From contig CM022665.1 in NCBI GenBank assembly GCA_012295275.1, positions 42,780,001 through 42,844,000 on the forward strand: a DNA stretch of 64,000 nt, given 5' to 3'. Below the pieces are notes generated by a model. The model did not search any database. It was not told where the DNA came from and saw nothing but the letters and a program-made list of their open reading frames with translations. The translations under genes were made by a program, and so were the position numbers. Each line of letters opens with the position of its first letter. Positions within the stretch are counted from its first letter, which is position 1. This document shows positions 14,727-29,619 of the stretch, in pieces. Source of the DNA: Chrysomallon squamiferum. Its lineage: Eukaryota; Animalia; Mollusca.

Positions 14727-14899
14727 CTTTTGCAATGGCCTGTTTAATTCTGATATAGGCAATCGCCAGCCTGATAATGGAACCTTTATCCAACTTATCA
14801 ACAACATCCCTCGCAAGGGGCAGGACATTGGACAGCCTGTCCATCTCAATGGCTTCATTATCTCTCCTCTTCTGTGCAGCCTCTTTCGCCTTCATTCCC
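14727..14899 (-). CDS. bHLH-domain exon of a class I bHLH-PAS transcription factor (HIF-alpha/SIM/Trh-like, divergent)
   Basis: Translates (R)GMKAKEAAQKRRDNEAIEMDRLSNVLPLARDVVDKLDKGSIIRLAIAYIRIKQAIAK(G). It aligns without gaps to HIF-1a [56 protein letters not shown] (AAxxRR, LPL, LDKxS(I/V)(I/M)RL motifs). Acceptor ttttcttgcttgcag|G, donor AAAG|gtaaga; 173 nt, phase 2 in, phase 1 out. Confidence 0.93.
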
Positions 14900-14923
14900 C
14901 TGCAAGCAAGAAAATAGCCATGC

Positions 14924-14936
14924 AATAACAATAATA

Positions 14937-15025
<89 letters not shown>

Positions 15026-15036
15026 TAACAATAATT
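14924..15036 (+). repeat. (AAT)n microsatellite immediately upstream (minus sense) of the bHLH exon acceptor
   Basis: Long near-pure AAT run ending ~25-35 nt before the 3' splice site. Confidence 0.95.
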
Positions 15037-16556
15037 ATGATGCTGATGATGTTAATAATAAATGAAAGATGTAAATGCTGATGTGTAAATGCCTATTCTG
15101 TAAATATTTAACCCTTTTGATGCCAAATTTGGGCACAGCACATACTTCCCAGTGCCAGGTATTTGGGGGAAAATTACCTGTATACACAACTGAAATATTA
15201 GGGTTTAAGTTAGTGCATTATGTCAATATATCATGCCAGTGGCATCAGTGATTTAATATTCATCATGTCGACATATCATCTCAGTGGTACCAAAGATTTA
15301 ATATTCATCATGCAGCACAATCTTGTACTTCCAGATTAATAAAATAAATGATTTACAATGTCTCAACATGTTTTCATATTAAGTTAACTGATCTAAACAC
15401 ATATATTGTTTCACTAATGACAATAATTAAGAAAAATGAAACGTGCTGACAGTTGTTCTTAATTAACAATATGGAAAACTGTCAACTGGAGGTGTAAAAG
15501 TTAACTGACCATGTGACCTTTGGATTCTAGCCATAATTTTGTAAACTCCATTAATTATATATATCATTTATCTTCAGTATAACCACAGACACAGACACAC
15601 ATACACATACACACAAACACACACACACCTCTCTCTCTTTCTCTCTGTCTCTCTCTCTTTATATATATATATATATATATAGATATAGATATAGGTAGAT
15701 AGATAAATACACAGATACACATACATTATATAACAATATCACATGGTGCTGTAAGAAAAATAAATTATATATTTAATTACTACTATACAAAGTTTTTTTA
15801 TACACTTTAACTAAAAAAAATATATTAAAAAAAATACTTCACTTAACAGCCTTTTATTCAGTCTTAAGTTTAGCTTAATGAACATACCTTGAACCTCAGT
15901 GCTCAGATCAAGCAAACACACCTACAGTAACTTCAGCCAAAGGTGTTAAAAAATGCCCACCCTCCAGAAAATTTGACTAAGTGAACTTAACTACATGATA
16001 AAGATAAATGGATAAATGGATGTGAAGATACGTATGTGTGTATATTAATTATATACTGTTATTTCTTTCAAAGGTGTGAATTTAATACACTGTGATCTTA
16101 AATCCTCTGTGAGTATGTAACTAAGAATAAAAGCATCCATTTATGATTGTTTGTTTTGTTTGTTTTTTTTGTTGTTTTTTTTGTTATTGCTGTTGTTGTT
16201 GTTTTAATCTGGGTCTGTATCAGAGTTGCACACAAGATAGGAAAACAAAATAAACTCAATCATTATCAACGTGCATGTCATCAATACATTACTGTGCGAG
16301 AGCTTACATAAATCTCAGTTTCAAAGAGCTAATTGTCCTCTCATCTACAAAAATACATGTCAGCCCTCAGACAGGCTCCTGATAATATGATTCATGTTGT
16401 CTTGGTGCTATTTTCAGAACAACTATTAAAATAACATCACTGGGTCATGAGTTTGTATAGATGTTTAACACCACGGTGATGAGAGAAAGTGTTGTCAATG
16501 AAAAAGAAACCTTCGTTTTAATATATGTTCTTTTCTGTTTCCTTTCTTTTTTTTTT

Positions 16557-16599
<43 letters not shown>

Positions 16600-16726
16600 T
16601 TTGTTATTACAGTTTTATATTTATTTATTTAGTTGTTCTGTTTGGTTTCTTTGATTTCATTTATTTATTTTTTTGTTTTGTTTTGTTTATTTTATTTTTT
16701 TTTTTGGTTTCTTTGTTGTCATTTCA

Positions 16727-16757
<31 letters not shown>

Positions 16758-17591
16758 GAATGTCTATACAAATGATTATTTTATTTTAATATTTATTATT
16801 ATTTTTTATTGCTATTCTATTTCTTTTTTTTTTTTTTAAAAAGCCATAACTGATAATAAACCATGAATATCTTTGTTTAATGAAAAATTAAATATAAAAT
16901 AAATTAATTGAAGTTTTAAATTGCAAGTGCTGATGACAATATTCATCATCATCATCATCATCATCAAGCTTTGACTTTCACACATTTATTTTCACAATCC
17001 ACAAAGATTGTCTCATAAATCATTATTCTAGATTTTATAAATTTAACCCATTTATTAATCAGACACATTTCTCACATAATACACATTTTTAACACTGGAT
17101 AAACTACCAATTTATGACTGAATATGCACAAACATAAAACTCAACACAAAGGTGTTATGGATGACTAACTGCAACATATATGCAATACTGCAGAACAAGT
17201 TGTTAATCAAGCCAATACTTAACATACTGTACATTGTTATGCTGATTCAAGAGACCGTATTGGGAAAAAAAAAAAAAAAAAAAAAAAAAAATTATTTTAT
17301 AAGATAATCTATATATTTACTGATAGTGATACCAGGTTTCGGCTTTAAATAAATATTTAACTGTTTGTTAAGTCCTTTTTGAGAGATTTTTAAAAAGGAG
17401 ACTATCCAAGGTCATCTCTGTGTTTAGTCTTCTACCTGTGAAATGTATGCTGGATTTCTTTACTAAAAGGCTGTTGATCTTGGGGTGACTGTTATGAAAA
17501 CCATTACCTCACGTAAAGTCAAAGTGTCCAATCATGCTGCATTCAAAGAAACATTATACAGAATTAAATAGTTTATTACCCTACACCTTTT

Positions 17592-17625
<34 letters not shown>

Positions 17626-18467
17626 GGTATACAGTTGTTGTTTTTTTTTCTTTCCTTGGTATTTATGGTATTCACCTTAGAATTGTTATTAGTTATTTAT
17701 GTGGTTTTTTTTTTTTTTTTTTTTATTTTTTTTTATAATGTGTTTTTTGTTCATTTGTTAGATTTTTCTTTCTCTATCTAATTCATATGTTATTAACATT
17801 TTATTACATACACACGCACACACGCACTCACGCACACACACACATGTTGTATATATGTTGTTTGTTGTTTTTGTTTTTTTAAAGGACTACAAAAGTAAAA
17901 TAGTTTAATTTTCTTTCAGTTATTGATTGCTTTTCATCATGAACAACATAGAACTGTTCTCAATTACATTCAAGGTGAAATCCATCAAACAAAATACATC
18001 TGATGTTAACCATTTCACTTTTTCTACTGTGCTGTTATAAACTACCTCAGTTCTCTGTGAGTAATTTGTTTTGAATTAGAGACAAGGATAGCAGGTGTTT
18101 TTGTCACCCAGTTTAATCCAGTTTACTAAGAAAATGACAGTTGTCCGAGTTCTGCTGCATACACTGAAATGACTGTCAATCACTGTGGGTTTTTTAAATG
18201 ACTAAATGAATATGATACAGCAAAATTTATTTTACTGCATTTTTAAAATTCTTTTTCTCAGTTGAATGATTTCTGATTTATAGCATTTTAATTTGCATAA
18301 TTTTTCTGCATGAAAAACTATCTGAGATGAAACGGTGAATTCATTTTTAAATTTGTCTTTTTGGAGTGTAATTTGTATTTTATTTTATTTTTTTTTTTTT
18401 TTTTTTTTCTTTCCTGATCATTGTATTTTTCATCTATGAATTATTATTATTATTATACTTATTATTA

Positions 18468-18499
<32 letters not shown>

Positions 18500-19270
18500 G
18501 TTATTTTCTTTGTTTGGGTTTTTCCCTGCCCATCAAACAGACAGAAAAAACATGTTTATCCTAAGCATGAGGATAAATTCATTAAAAATAATATATTCAA
18601 CTGTACCACACCATCAATGACAATAATGTCTTTTACAAATGCAAACAGTTTCAGAGTCAAATAAGTGGGGAAAAAACAACAAACAAACAAATTAAAAAAA
18701 ACACACAAAAAACAACAAATGAACTGTTACCTTGAGCTTATTTAGTTTCTGAGTTAAAAAAATAAAACAAAAAAGTGAACAAACAAAAATAAGAAATAAA
18801 ATAAATTAAATAATGTTAAAAAACTCTTATAAAGCTGTTACCTTGAACTTATTTTAACACCAAGAAAACAAAAAGTAAAATTTTAAAAATACAGTTATAT
18901 TACTGTTCAAACTGAAATCAAAGAAATGAAATAAGCTTTCAGAGCAAACAATCAATGAATGTATCTTATTATATAAACTAGACAATGACAAAATCTTGCT
19001 TCAAATAAACAAATGGATTCCTTAATGACAAATTATATACTAATGGTTATTGTCATCAGGTGGTTTTTTCTTTTTAATTAGCTCATTTACTACCAAGGTA
19101 GGGTATCACCATCAAACGGTAAAAAATTCAATTGTAACAGAAGAAGAAGATACTCAGCAACTGTAAACAGAGTGATAAAAATGTGATACAATACAAGATA
19201 TTCTATTATAATTCAGTGAGCCAAAAATGATGACTGCTGTAATGGTCAATAAATAAAATTAATTATAGTG

Positions 19271-19480
19271 TGAAAGAAAACCCACTGCCAGTGCTATATA
19301 CAGTGTGTTCTGTTTACCAGTGGCTGTAAATTATCATTTATATTAATGTTCATTTATACAGGAAAACATATCCCACACTCTTTGATACATTAGCAGTAAT
19401 GGGAAAAAACCTCTGAAGGTAAAGTGCAGCAGAATCGAACCTGCCAGCCTTGGTACCTAAAACCACGTCACTAAGAACTG
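19271..19480 (-). mobile_element. Degenerate SINE copy
   Basis: gaaaacccactgcca...acaggaaaacatatcccac...ctttgatac...gaatcgaacc (reverse B-box-like). Confidence 0.4.
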
Positions 19481-19838
19481 TCTATAAATAACATGTCAAT
19501 CTGACTGTATTTCTGGATACACTGCAACCAAAATGAATTGTCTGAACTAACTGCAGACACAGTTCATGAACATTTCATGCACTGAAAGCAGCATTTCACT
19601 GATGTTCAGTCAACTGTAACGTGCACTTTTGGTGTCTGACACAAACACTGTGTGTTGCATCATGTCACAGACAAAGAGACTCTGGAAGAGATAACTGATG
19701 TATAATGTACAAAGTGCTAGCTGATAATCAGTGACACAATGTGAAGCGATATATATATCAAACAAAGTATTTGTAATAATGTGAACTATGTGAAGTGATA
19801 TGTATATAAAGTTATACTAATAATAAATGTGACAGAAT

Positions 19839-19874
<36 letters not shown>

Positions 19875-19894
19875 ACTAATAACCATTAGTATAG

Positions 19895-19932
<38 letters not shown>

Positions 19933-19973
19933 ATATAAATATGTATGTATGTATGTAGGTATGTATTTATATA

Positions 19974-20018
<45 letters not shown>

Positions 20019-20639
20019 GTATGTATATATAGTTAATATTAATAATCAATGTGACACAATGAGAAATGATATATTTATAAAATTAAAACTAATAATCAAT
20101 GCCACAGAAATAAAACCAATTAAAACAGTGCAGCTCTTAACACAGTTAGGTTTTGAATTTTTAAACAACCTTCATCTGGTTGTCATGCAAAAGACCAGTG
20201 TCCCACTAGAAATGAAATAACTGTGAAAACACAGAATGTACCAAAGCATTATTTATTCATTGACTTGTTACAGGACAACAACAACTGCATTAAGCAAGGG
20301 AAAGCTGCCCTGTTTCCTAACTGAATTAGAGTCTGAATTTGGTACAGAGACACATAACAGACTCTTCACATACAATCTGAGTCACACACAAATCACATTT
20401 GCCTCTGGAAGTCTTCTCTTCACAGCAGCATAACTGTTTGTGTACTAGCATAACCCCGATATGTTCTAGAATCAGTTCTTTTTAGCATACATACATTCAC
20501 ACAGGCTGACACTCAATAGAGCCACTGTACTGAAGGTCATGGTATAGACATTCTGAAGGGAAGATGCATGTAATACATGTAAAAAATTCTTTAAATAAAA
20601 ATAGACAAGAGTCATATATTGTCTTTAAAACTATCCCAA

Positions 20640-20795
20640 AACAGCAGGCAATCTCTTGTATGCACATTTTACAGCTTATGTCATATCAGTCCCAAAGTAA
20701 TGATTTTATGGCTGCTACAGAAAACAGAGCCACCAGTGGGAATTGATCCTACAAACTATGAATTAAGTGAGTTTTTTCCATTTGGCTAGATATCA
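20640..20795 (-). mobile_element. Degenerate SINE copy
   Basis: acagcaggcaatctcttgtatgcac...ccaccagtgggaattgatcctac...ccatttggcta. Confidence 0.4.
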
Positions 20796-21930
20796 TGACT
20801 ACATTAGTAATAGATGACTTTGAAAAACAAAGTCTTACAATAGTGTGTATTCATACAGCTAGTACTGGAAGGTGAACTGTGTTCTATCAGTCTGAATCAA
20901 GTACTCTCAAGCTATTTCTATACCCAACTGATTGTTTAACACAAGAGATCTAATGTACCAATGGTGATTCCAGCAAATCACTTCCTCATACATTATCAGT
21001 GAGTGAATTATGAGAAACTTCAACATTTTTTCTGGGGTTTTTTTCTTCTGGTAATTAACATTGTTTTATATTCTTAAAAAATAAATGACATGACATAAGA
21101 AACAAAAGAATAGGGCAGTAAACATGCTTGTATGTTTGCTTTTATGTTATTTTAAAACTTTATTATTAACAAAAGGATGGGTCTGAAGGTAAACAAAACA
21201 ACAATGACTTGAAAGTATACAAAAAGTATTTCAGTTATTTGTTTGAAAAAAAAAAAAAAAAAATCAACCAAACAACAACAACTTTGATGTAACAAGAGAA
21301 TTTAAGAAAAAAATAATAAATTAAAAATTTAAAAAAAAAGTAAAAAATGTGCATTGCTGAATCTGAATAATCTTTATTCCAGACATATCCACTAATATGC
21401 AAAGCACAGACATGCTAATTCCTCTTCTGCACTGTAATTCCTTTGCACCATATCATTTCTTCTTGTTTTATATACCTCCAACCTCGCCCACCTCCACAAA
21501 ACACCAAATCCAGCCTAATTTAGACCAAGGACGTGGTGAACCAGAAATGGGGAGATTGCGATCACAGCTACTGTTCTTCTTGTTAAACGTTTTGAAACAG
21601 ATCCAAGGAGCACTGTCGGAGTTGTAAAACACCTTACCCTGCTGCAATCTGTTATGGTGTTTCATCATACAGGTGACACCACAAGGTTAGCCAAAAGTTA
21701 ATCTAACAATAAAACCACCTTAACTGAAGAGTAGGCCAAAGCCGAAGAAGTCATAACACCACCCATTATCTGTGAATAGCTTTTAGGTACACAGTGTTTT
21801 TATTAATACACCTTGTTTCAGTTACAGGAGTACCTCTTACCTCTCTGCACTCTTAGATACATAATACATTGTCTTGTTAACTTTTCTCTCAGATTCAATA
21901 CACTGACTTGTTGAATGCAGCACATTGTAG

Positions 21931-21966
<36 letters not shown>

Positions 21967-22371
21967 ATATTTAGCCTGGCTGTTAAATGCTTAATGGATT
22001 GTTCAAAGAAGGGTGTCGGTTCAGAATGTTAAGTTTTAAAATGAAATTTATTGTTCAATTTGTCTGCTGTCAATTGTGGTTATGCCAGAGGTGTGTGGTT
22101 GAAAGTAATGCAAGTGTAAAAACAAATCTGATAAATAAATAAATAAATAAATAAATATATAAAAATAAATAAATAAATAATATCATATAATTTAATAAAT
22201 AAATAAAAATTTTAATTAGTTAATTTAAATTTTAATTTAAAAAATAAAATAAAAACACTTTTACAACACAACAGGCTACACAAATTATTAATAGCTTAGT
22301 ATCATCCATGTTCATATTTGAAATTCCAAGAAGGATTAAGCATTGCTTTGTAACAGCCAAAATATATTTTT

Positions 22372-22406
<35 letters not shown>

Positions 22407-23414
22407 TATGAACAAAAACAAGTAGTCATATATATATATTATTCTTTTATGATTTAAATAATATTAAATGATTTTACGAAACTGTAATATTAACTAATAT
22501 TAACTGTTATAAATATATTACAAACATCAATCATTTTTGTAAATGAGGTAAGAAAAATTATTAACAATTTTTAACACACGGTCACACACACACACACACA
22601 CACACACACAACACACACACACACAAAAAACACACACACACACACACACACACGACTTATTCTTTTACAAAACAAGCTACAACTTAACAAATTCTATAAA
22701 TATATTTTGAACAACTGCAAACATCACGATACCTGAGGCAAAAAAAAGTTTTTTTATTATCATTATTTTTAATTTTTAATAATTTCTTACAATTTAAATA
22801 ACAACAACAAATAATTTTTACAAAAGTTACTCATATTAAATAATATGCACAATAACAAGTAGCACTACATTTCAGGACAATCAAATTTCAGTTTTAATCA
22901 TTTTACAATTTAAATAACAATAAACAATACACTTAATCACAGTACAAGCTGTATGTTGTAACTAAATTTAAGTATATATTCAAGGTTATTAAAATGTCTA
23001 AAATAAGAGAGAAGGGTGTGTGTGTGTGTGTGTGTCTTGTGCTTTTCAACACTTGTTAAATATTTATGTTTCTATGTTCTGGGTTTAAAAAAAAAAAAGA
23101 AGAAAAAAAATTAAGTCAGTTTGTTGTTTGTTATGTATCATTGGATATTTGTCCATGACCTGTACGCTTTAACTTTGTCCTGATAATAAAATATGACAGG
23201 TTATAATCACAATGGCTGATGCAATACTAAAAATAATTTTAAAAATTTTAAAAATTAAAATTGTGATGACTAATTACTTAGCTTGTCAAATAAACAGTAT
23301 CGTTTATATTATTATTATTATCATTACTTTAAATTTTATTATTAATTATTTTTAAATTTATTTATTTATTTATTTATTTTATGTTTTTTAATTTGTTTGT
23401 CATTGTCACTGTTA

Positions 23415-23470
<56 letters not shown>

Positions 23471-24254
23471 TTGTTAATTAACCCCGTCTTCTTGTAAATA
23501 ATTTATTTGATTTTTTTTAAAATATGTACACACATTTACACAATCACATTCATACACACAAACATACTAATACTAATAGGATAAATACATAAAGCAGCAG
23601 TCACTGTCAAATTTAATTTAAAAAAAAAAGTAACAGTAAAATATGTGAAAATATTAAACAAACAGTTATTCTGTCATGTGAACTAATATATCATTATTAT
23701 TTTTGTACAACCATTAACTGGACTGTAACAGTTTAACATTTATCTTATGTTATAACACTGTTATAGAATAATCCTCCTCTAGTAATAAAACACTGTTATA
23801 ACAGTTTCTAACAGCACACAGAACTGAACAAGACAAGATTCTGCTTGAAATCTACAATCATTTAAAATGAGAGAATAATATTTTAAAATGTACTGTTACA
23901 GTGACAGTATCATCACTTGCATGTTTATGACTTTGTGTCACCGGTGAATCAAAGCTCCATTGTGTGTGTGTCACTCAGCTGAAATAAACAAGACATTAAT
24001 TCACCAGTCACACCCCTCTGTCCCCTTCACCTCTTATCTCGTCAACTCTCACAAGTCTCAAGCACCAAGTAACACTTCAGAAAAACAAGCATGTGATATC
24101 TGCATGCTCCTTAACAGTAACCTTGGATGTGTCTGTCTCTGTGTGTGTGTGTTATGTAAGTATGTATGTATTTATGTACCAATTCGTGTATATGTATATG
24201 GGTATGTGTAACTGTGTGTATGTGTTTGTATAGGTACGTATAAAATTATGTATG

Positions 24255-24286
<32 letters not shown>

Positions 24287-25033
24287 ATGTATCTGTATGT
24301 TTGTGTGTAGATGTATTTGTATGTATATGTATGTATGTATATATGTATGTAAATATGTATGTGTGTGTGTGTTTGTATATGTGACACTGTGAGTGAAAGA
24401 AAAGAGAAAGATGCAAAGTATATGTATGTATATGTCTGTATTTGTTATGTTCATATATATGCATTTTAGATACAAATACATATAAATGTGTATGTAGATG
24501 TGTATACCTGTTTATATCACTCTGTATAAATGTCTGTACATTTGCAAATGTAACTAGTGGTTATATATAGAAGACATTCATCCTGACAGAACTAAAGATA
24601 ATTGGTAACTACAAAAGCATGCACCTGAGACACAAACCATTCCATATAATGTTTACCATTCACCTTGAGCTGTCTTTCATTTCATTTTCTTGGAGAGATA
24701 TAATTAACTGACAAGACATGACTAGACAGAATTATTTAATTATCAAGGACAGATGACTAATGCAGGTAATTATGTGTTCAAAGTCTGTAGTCCTTTCTGT
24801 ACAAAATCCTTTGTCAATACAGTGCACTTGCATAGCTGGTGTGTTTTAGCAATTTCGGTTGTTTAACAGGGTTGCTGTTGTTGGGGTTTTTGTGGACAAA
24901 AAGATTTTCAGTTTCTGTTTTTTGGTTACATGGTACAGGTTTTCACAACTAGATGGAAACTGTGACAGTGTGGAAATTTCCAGACGATGAGATAAATATC
25001 ATCAGGGGAAAATGGAAAAATATTACAATCTAA

Positions 25034-25111
<78 letters not shown>

Positions 25112-25400
25112 AATTTATAAAAATTAAAAAATTAAATAAGAAAATAAAAAATAGTTTAGGCAAGGCTGTTATAGTCTATCTGTCTATTCTTTTTTTCTAT
25201 TTATTATTTTTTTTTCTACAAAAGCTAACATACCATTATTATGTGTTTAATTTTAACACTGAATATACACTTCTGTAAATGAAAAACTAATAGTGGTATC
25301 TACAATTGATTTTAGACTATAAACCAGGACGTCACATGATTCACATGCCATGTTCTTAACACTGGCAGTCATAACTTTCAGTTGATGACTTACTGCTAAA

Positions 25401-25448
25401 CCAGTGCTCCACAATTTGTAAAAAGGCCATGGTATGTACTGCTCTGCC
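25401..25448 (+). mobile_element. SINE (Meta-domain) core fragment
   Basis: CCAGTGCTCCACAATTTGTAAAAAGGCCATGGTATGTACT, close to the recalled core CCAGTGCTCCACGACTGGTGTAACAAAGGCCGTGGTATGT. Confidence 0.55.
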
Positions 25449-26614
25449 TTAATATTACTGGAGATATACACCAAATATTTATAATTATGCCTTTTCTAAC
25501 ATGTACAATCAATTAATTCTAAAGTTCTAAATACACAATATGCTGATATAACATGTATTTCACTAATGACTATGAAGTGGTTATTGATTTTCAAAGTAAA
25601 TTCAAGACTAAAAGACACTTGAACTGTTGAACTACTGTTTGTAGTTCTCTGAGCAGAATTCTCACTATGCAACTGCCTGCTTCAGTTTGTAATAGTTAAC
25701 AGACTCTTACTGCAACAATATCTTTTACTTTATTGTGTAACACTGTCTTGCAGTGTAGCTTTGTTGTATAACATTGTGTGGAAGTGTAACAGTTATCTTG
25801 TGGTGTAACATTGTTATAGTAATCCTTTTCTTACAGCACAACACTGTTATACAATTTTCTAACAGTACAGCAACCCTTATGCTGGATTGGAATAGCATTA
25901 TTAAATTGAAATTCAAAGACAATATTTATATATTTATTTGTTCAACCGTTTGTGAGCTGTTTTTTCATCTTTCAGAATCATATACGACATATATACCAAA
26001 CATGCGTGAAATGAAATCACATGCTCAGTGTTTGTTCCAGCCTAATAGTATAAATATTTTCTGATGGAATATGTGTTGCAGTATGAGTTTCAGAAAAAGT
26101 TGTATTCTATAACAAATGAATAGCTCTTAAATTATGAGTTTACAGCAAATTAATTATGAACTAAGAGTTTTGTCCCTTATATATTATTTTGTTGTTGTTG
26201 TTATTGTTATTATTATTATTATTATTTTGATTTTGATTTTGATTTTTTTTTTTTTTTTTTTTAAACTTTGTTGCTTGTCTCCTGGTAACCAAATATGAAA
26301 ATGCTCTTTCTCTTTCTCAATTATATTCCTTTTTCTTCTTCCTTTTTTTAATTTTTTTATTTCTTTTCTTTACAGACATTTAACAGATTTCCAATATGAC
26401 CTTGAAAACTTTAGACAGGAAAAAACAGCAGTCAGAAACAACAGACACCTAACACAAAGCAGACAGTTGTAGAATCAAAGGCTTGATATGACCTTTATTG
26501 TTTTTACTAAGCATTTTGCTCATTCAGCTTTCTCAGAGTTTATGGATTTCATGTTTTTCCTTTTTATATCTTTTAAATTTATTATTATATTTTTTTAAAA
26601 TCATCATCATAATG

Positions 26615-26645
<31 letters not shown>

Positions 26646-28255
26646 AAAGTCATATATATATATAGGCTTATATACACACACATTTCTGAAGGAACAGAAA
26701 AATGTTGAATGTTTATAAATACCTATAAGAACTCTGTACATATCTATAAGCTATCTGTATATATTATTAATTTCATTGCCAAAATTTATAATGTTCATTA
26801 TGCTTTCAGACCTTTCCCACATAATCATAAACAAAGAGGGCACCCATCAAAAAATGTTCATAAACATTAACAAGAACAACCTATATATACACATATACAC
26901 ACATATTAATATTAATAATAATAAATAAAAGAGTTGAACAAATAAATAAATAATAGGCTATCTGCAGTTAATTTTACTGACTGGAATTCACAGTTTTTGG
27001 TGTAACTTTTGGGTGGATTTTAGATCACCAACTACATAGCAATGATCAGAAAAATGTTTTAAAAATATTATTAGGAACTGAGAAATTATCCAAAAAGACA
27101 AACAAACAAAGACAACAACAAAAAAAGCTTTATGGATACAGAGTTAATCTTTCAAACTGTAAACTGTATTGTTTACTTTTTTTTTTTAACAGTTATTTCT
27201 ATGTTTTATATCTTTCATGTATAGCTGTCAGTTATATGGCAGAAAACCAGAAAACTGTTTATAAATACTTTCAAGAAATATACACTTATGGAAAAAAAGA
27301 AAGAAAGAAAGAAAGAAAGAAAAGAAAGAAGAAAAGAAGAAAATTTAATTCGACCAACATGAAAATTAATCTTTGTGTGTGTTTCAGCCATTTCCCGTGT
27401 AACCCTCACCTACAAGGCAATGACCAGACAGATGTTTATAAATACTGTCAAGAACCAGTCTAATATAAATTAATCTCATACTGGGTATAATAATTTAGAC
27501 TGCTTGACAGGTTTTGAGGTGTGTGTTTTAGATCTTTCCCACACAAATGTCAACTGTAAGGAAAAAGATCATAACTACTATTAAGATCTGCGTAATTATG
27601 AAAAAATAAAATAAATAAATAAACAGAATAAATAAATAAATAAATAAATGAAAAAAAAAATAAAAAAAAAATAAAAAAAAATGTAAATATAATAAAAATA
27701 AATAAATAAATAAGTTTTTAAAAAAATCTATCCACACAATTAATGTTACTTATAAGAAACACAGATTGTAATAAATACTATTAAAGAGCCATATACTTAT
27801 GTTTAAAAATTTAGAAAAAAAAAATGTAATTTTTTTTGTTTTGTTTTTAATATAATAATAAAAAATTCTGTCTACATAATTAATTAATGTAACTGACTAT
27901 AGTTTACACTGCTTAATGTGGCTGTTGATGTGTTCTGAACCTTCCCACATACTTGTTGACGACACAGTAAATCACCCAGCCAAAAGTAAAAAGAAACCAT
28001 TCAGAGAACAAATGGGCTACGTCACAAAAACTGAACATGTGTTTACATTAAAGAGAACATTGTGCTGTTTCCATGTAAACTAGGAGAATACTCAGCTGTT
28101 ATTTGTGAATCAGATCATAAAAAACTATTGTTCTTTTTTTGTTTTTTTGTTTTTAATTTAATTAAAGATTTGATATAAAAGCAGCTAATGGAGAAAATAA
28201 GATTAAATTTAAATATGAATGTACCTGTATGTTTATCTACATGTGTGTGCATGAG

Positions 28256-28286
<31 letters not shown>

Positions 28287-28635
28287 TTAGATAGGTTAAT
28301 GTTTGTGTATCATTATGAATTAATCTCTAAAATGTATCTTTCTAAATTTCAAAGCTTATTAAAAAATATTTTATTACTGTTAATTTAATGTCATATTAAC
28401 CTTCAGTTTGACAACAAATAAAACTCTCCTAATGAGTGCAGTTACTAAATTATGCTGAAGTTAAATTAATATTAACATGATTACTAAGTACATTGCAATG
28501 ATTCAGCGAAAACATAATGAAAGCTTTTATGGCTGAAAATTATCAACACTCAAAGAAACATTAAGTTGACCTTTGGCTGTGTGTAAGTAACAGGTTCTCA
28601 AACTCAACCTCAGTACTGCCTCAATAATAACAGGC

Positions 28636-28670
<35 letters not shown>

Positions 28671-28990
28671 GAAATACAGAAAATTTTTTAATTAAATGTT
28701 ATTCATTTTGTTAACTTTATTATTATTACTAATCGTTTTTTTAAAGAAAGAAAAAGTAAACTGTTGTCTTTATTGTGATTATTTATTTTTGGTGAATTTT
28801 ATTTTTATTTATTTATTTAAATTAAAATCAGTTTAATTTCAGTATAAATTCTGAAAGCTGTTCTTACTCTTTTAATCACATTTGCTAAATGTTACAAAAA
28901 GTTTTTTAAAATAATAAAAAAAAATTAATAAATTCCAACATACATGATTTATTTATTTTTTATTTTGAAAGAAACAAATAATAATAATAA

Positions 28991-29025
<35 letters not shown>

Positions 29026-29619
29026 ACAAACATAAATAAATAATTAAAAGAATTATTTACATTATAATAATGCCATAATCATGTATTTCTCCCAAGGACA
29101 TTTTATAAAATATTTTTTTTATCAATCTTTGAAATAAGAGTTTTAAATGATTTACTCTCATGACAAAAGCTCTGTAATGCTTTTGACGTGGACATACTTA
29201 TATGATATCACATAACCATAATTCAAGCTAACCTCTCTAAGACTAACCCACCCTTCTACATATCAGCCTGAGATCAATAACACTTTCAGTTTCCTCAGGC
29301 ACGCCTCTGTGCAATTAATCACAGGGCTGTCCTTGAAACAGGTAACCCACATGCTGCAAGCTTGCAGTCAACTGTAACCTGGAGACAGGTGAATTCTCTC
29401 TGTGCAAGATTATTCCAAACTCAAATTTAAAATTATTATTCAGTATGTGACTTATGCACTTTATTCCAAATTCAAATGATTATTATTTTTTTTTTAAAAT
29501 AAATTATTTTTTTTTTTTAATGTCATGGCATTTTTAAAAGAATGTTTCAGTAGGTCATGCATGACTGCAGATGAATCAGGTGATCAGTGCATGCAACCTG
29601 ACATAACGAGTTCAGCTGT

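Noticed and set aside
14677-14931. Assigning the symbol HIF1A, SIM or NPAS
   Set aside because: The basic region departs from all of these, and no PAS or ODD sequence is visible to establish orthology.
15108-15210. piggyBac-like MITE (TTAACCCTT...AGGGTTTAA)
   Set aside because: Terminal match too short and imperfect; single copy in the window.
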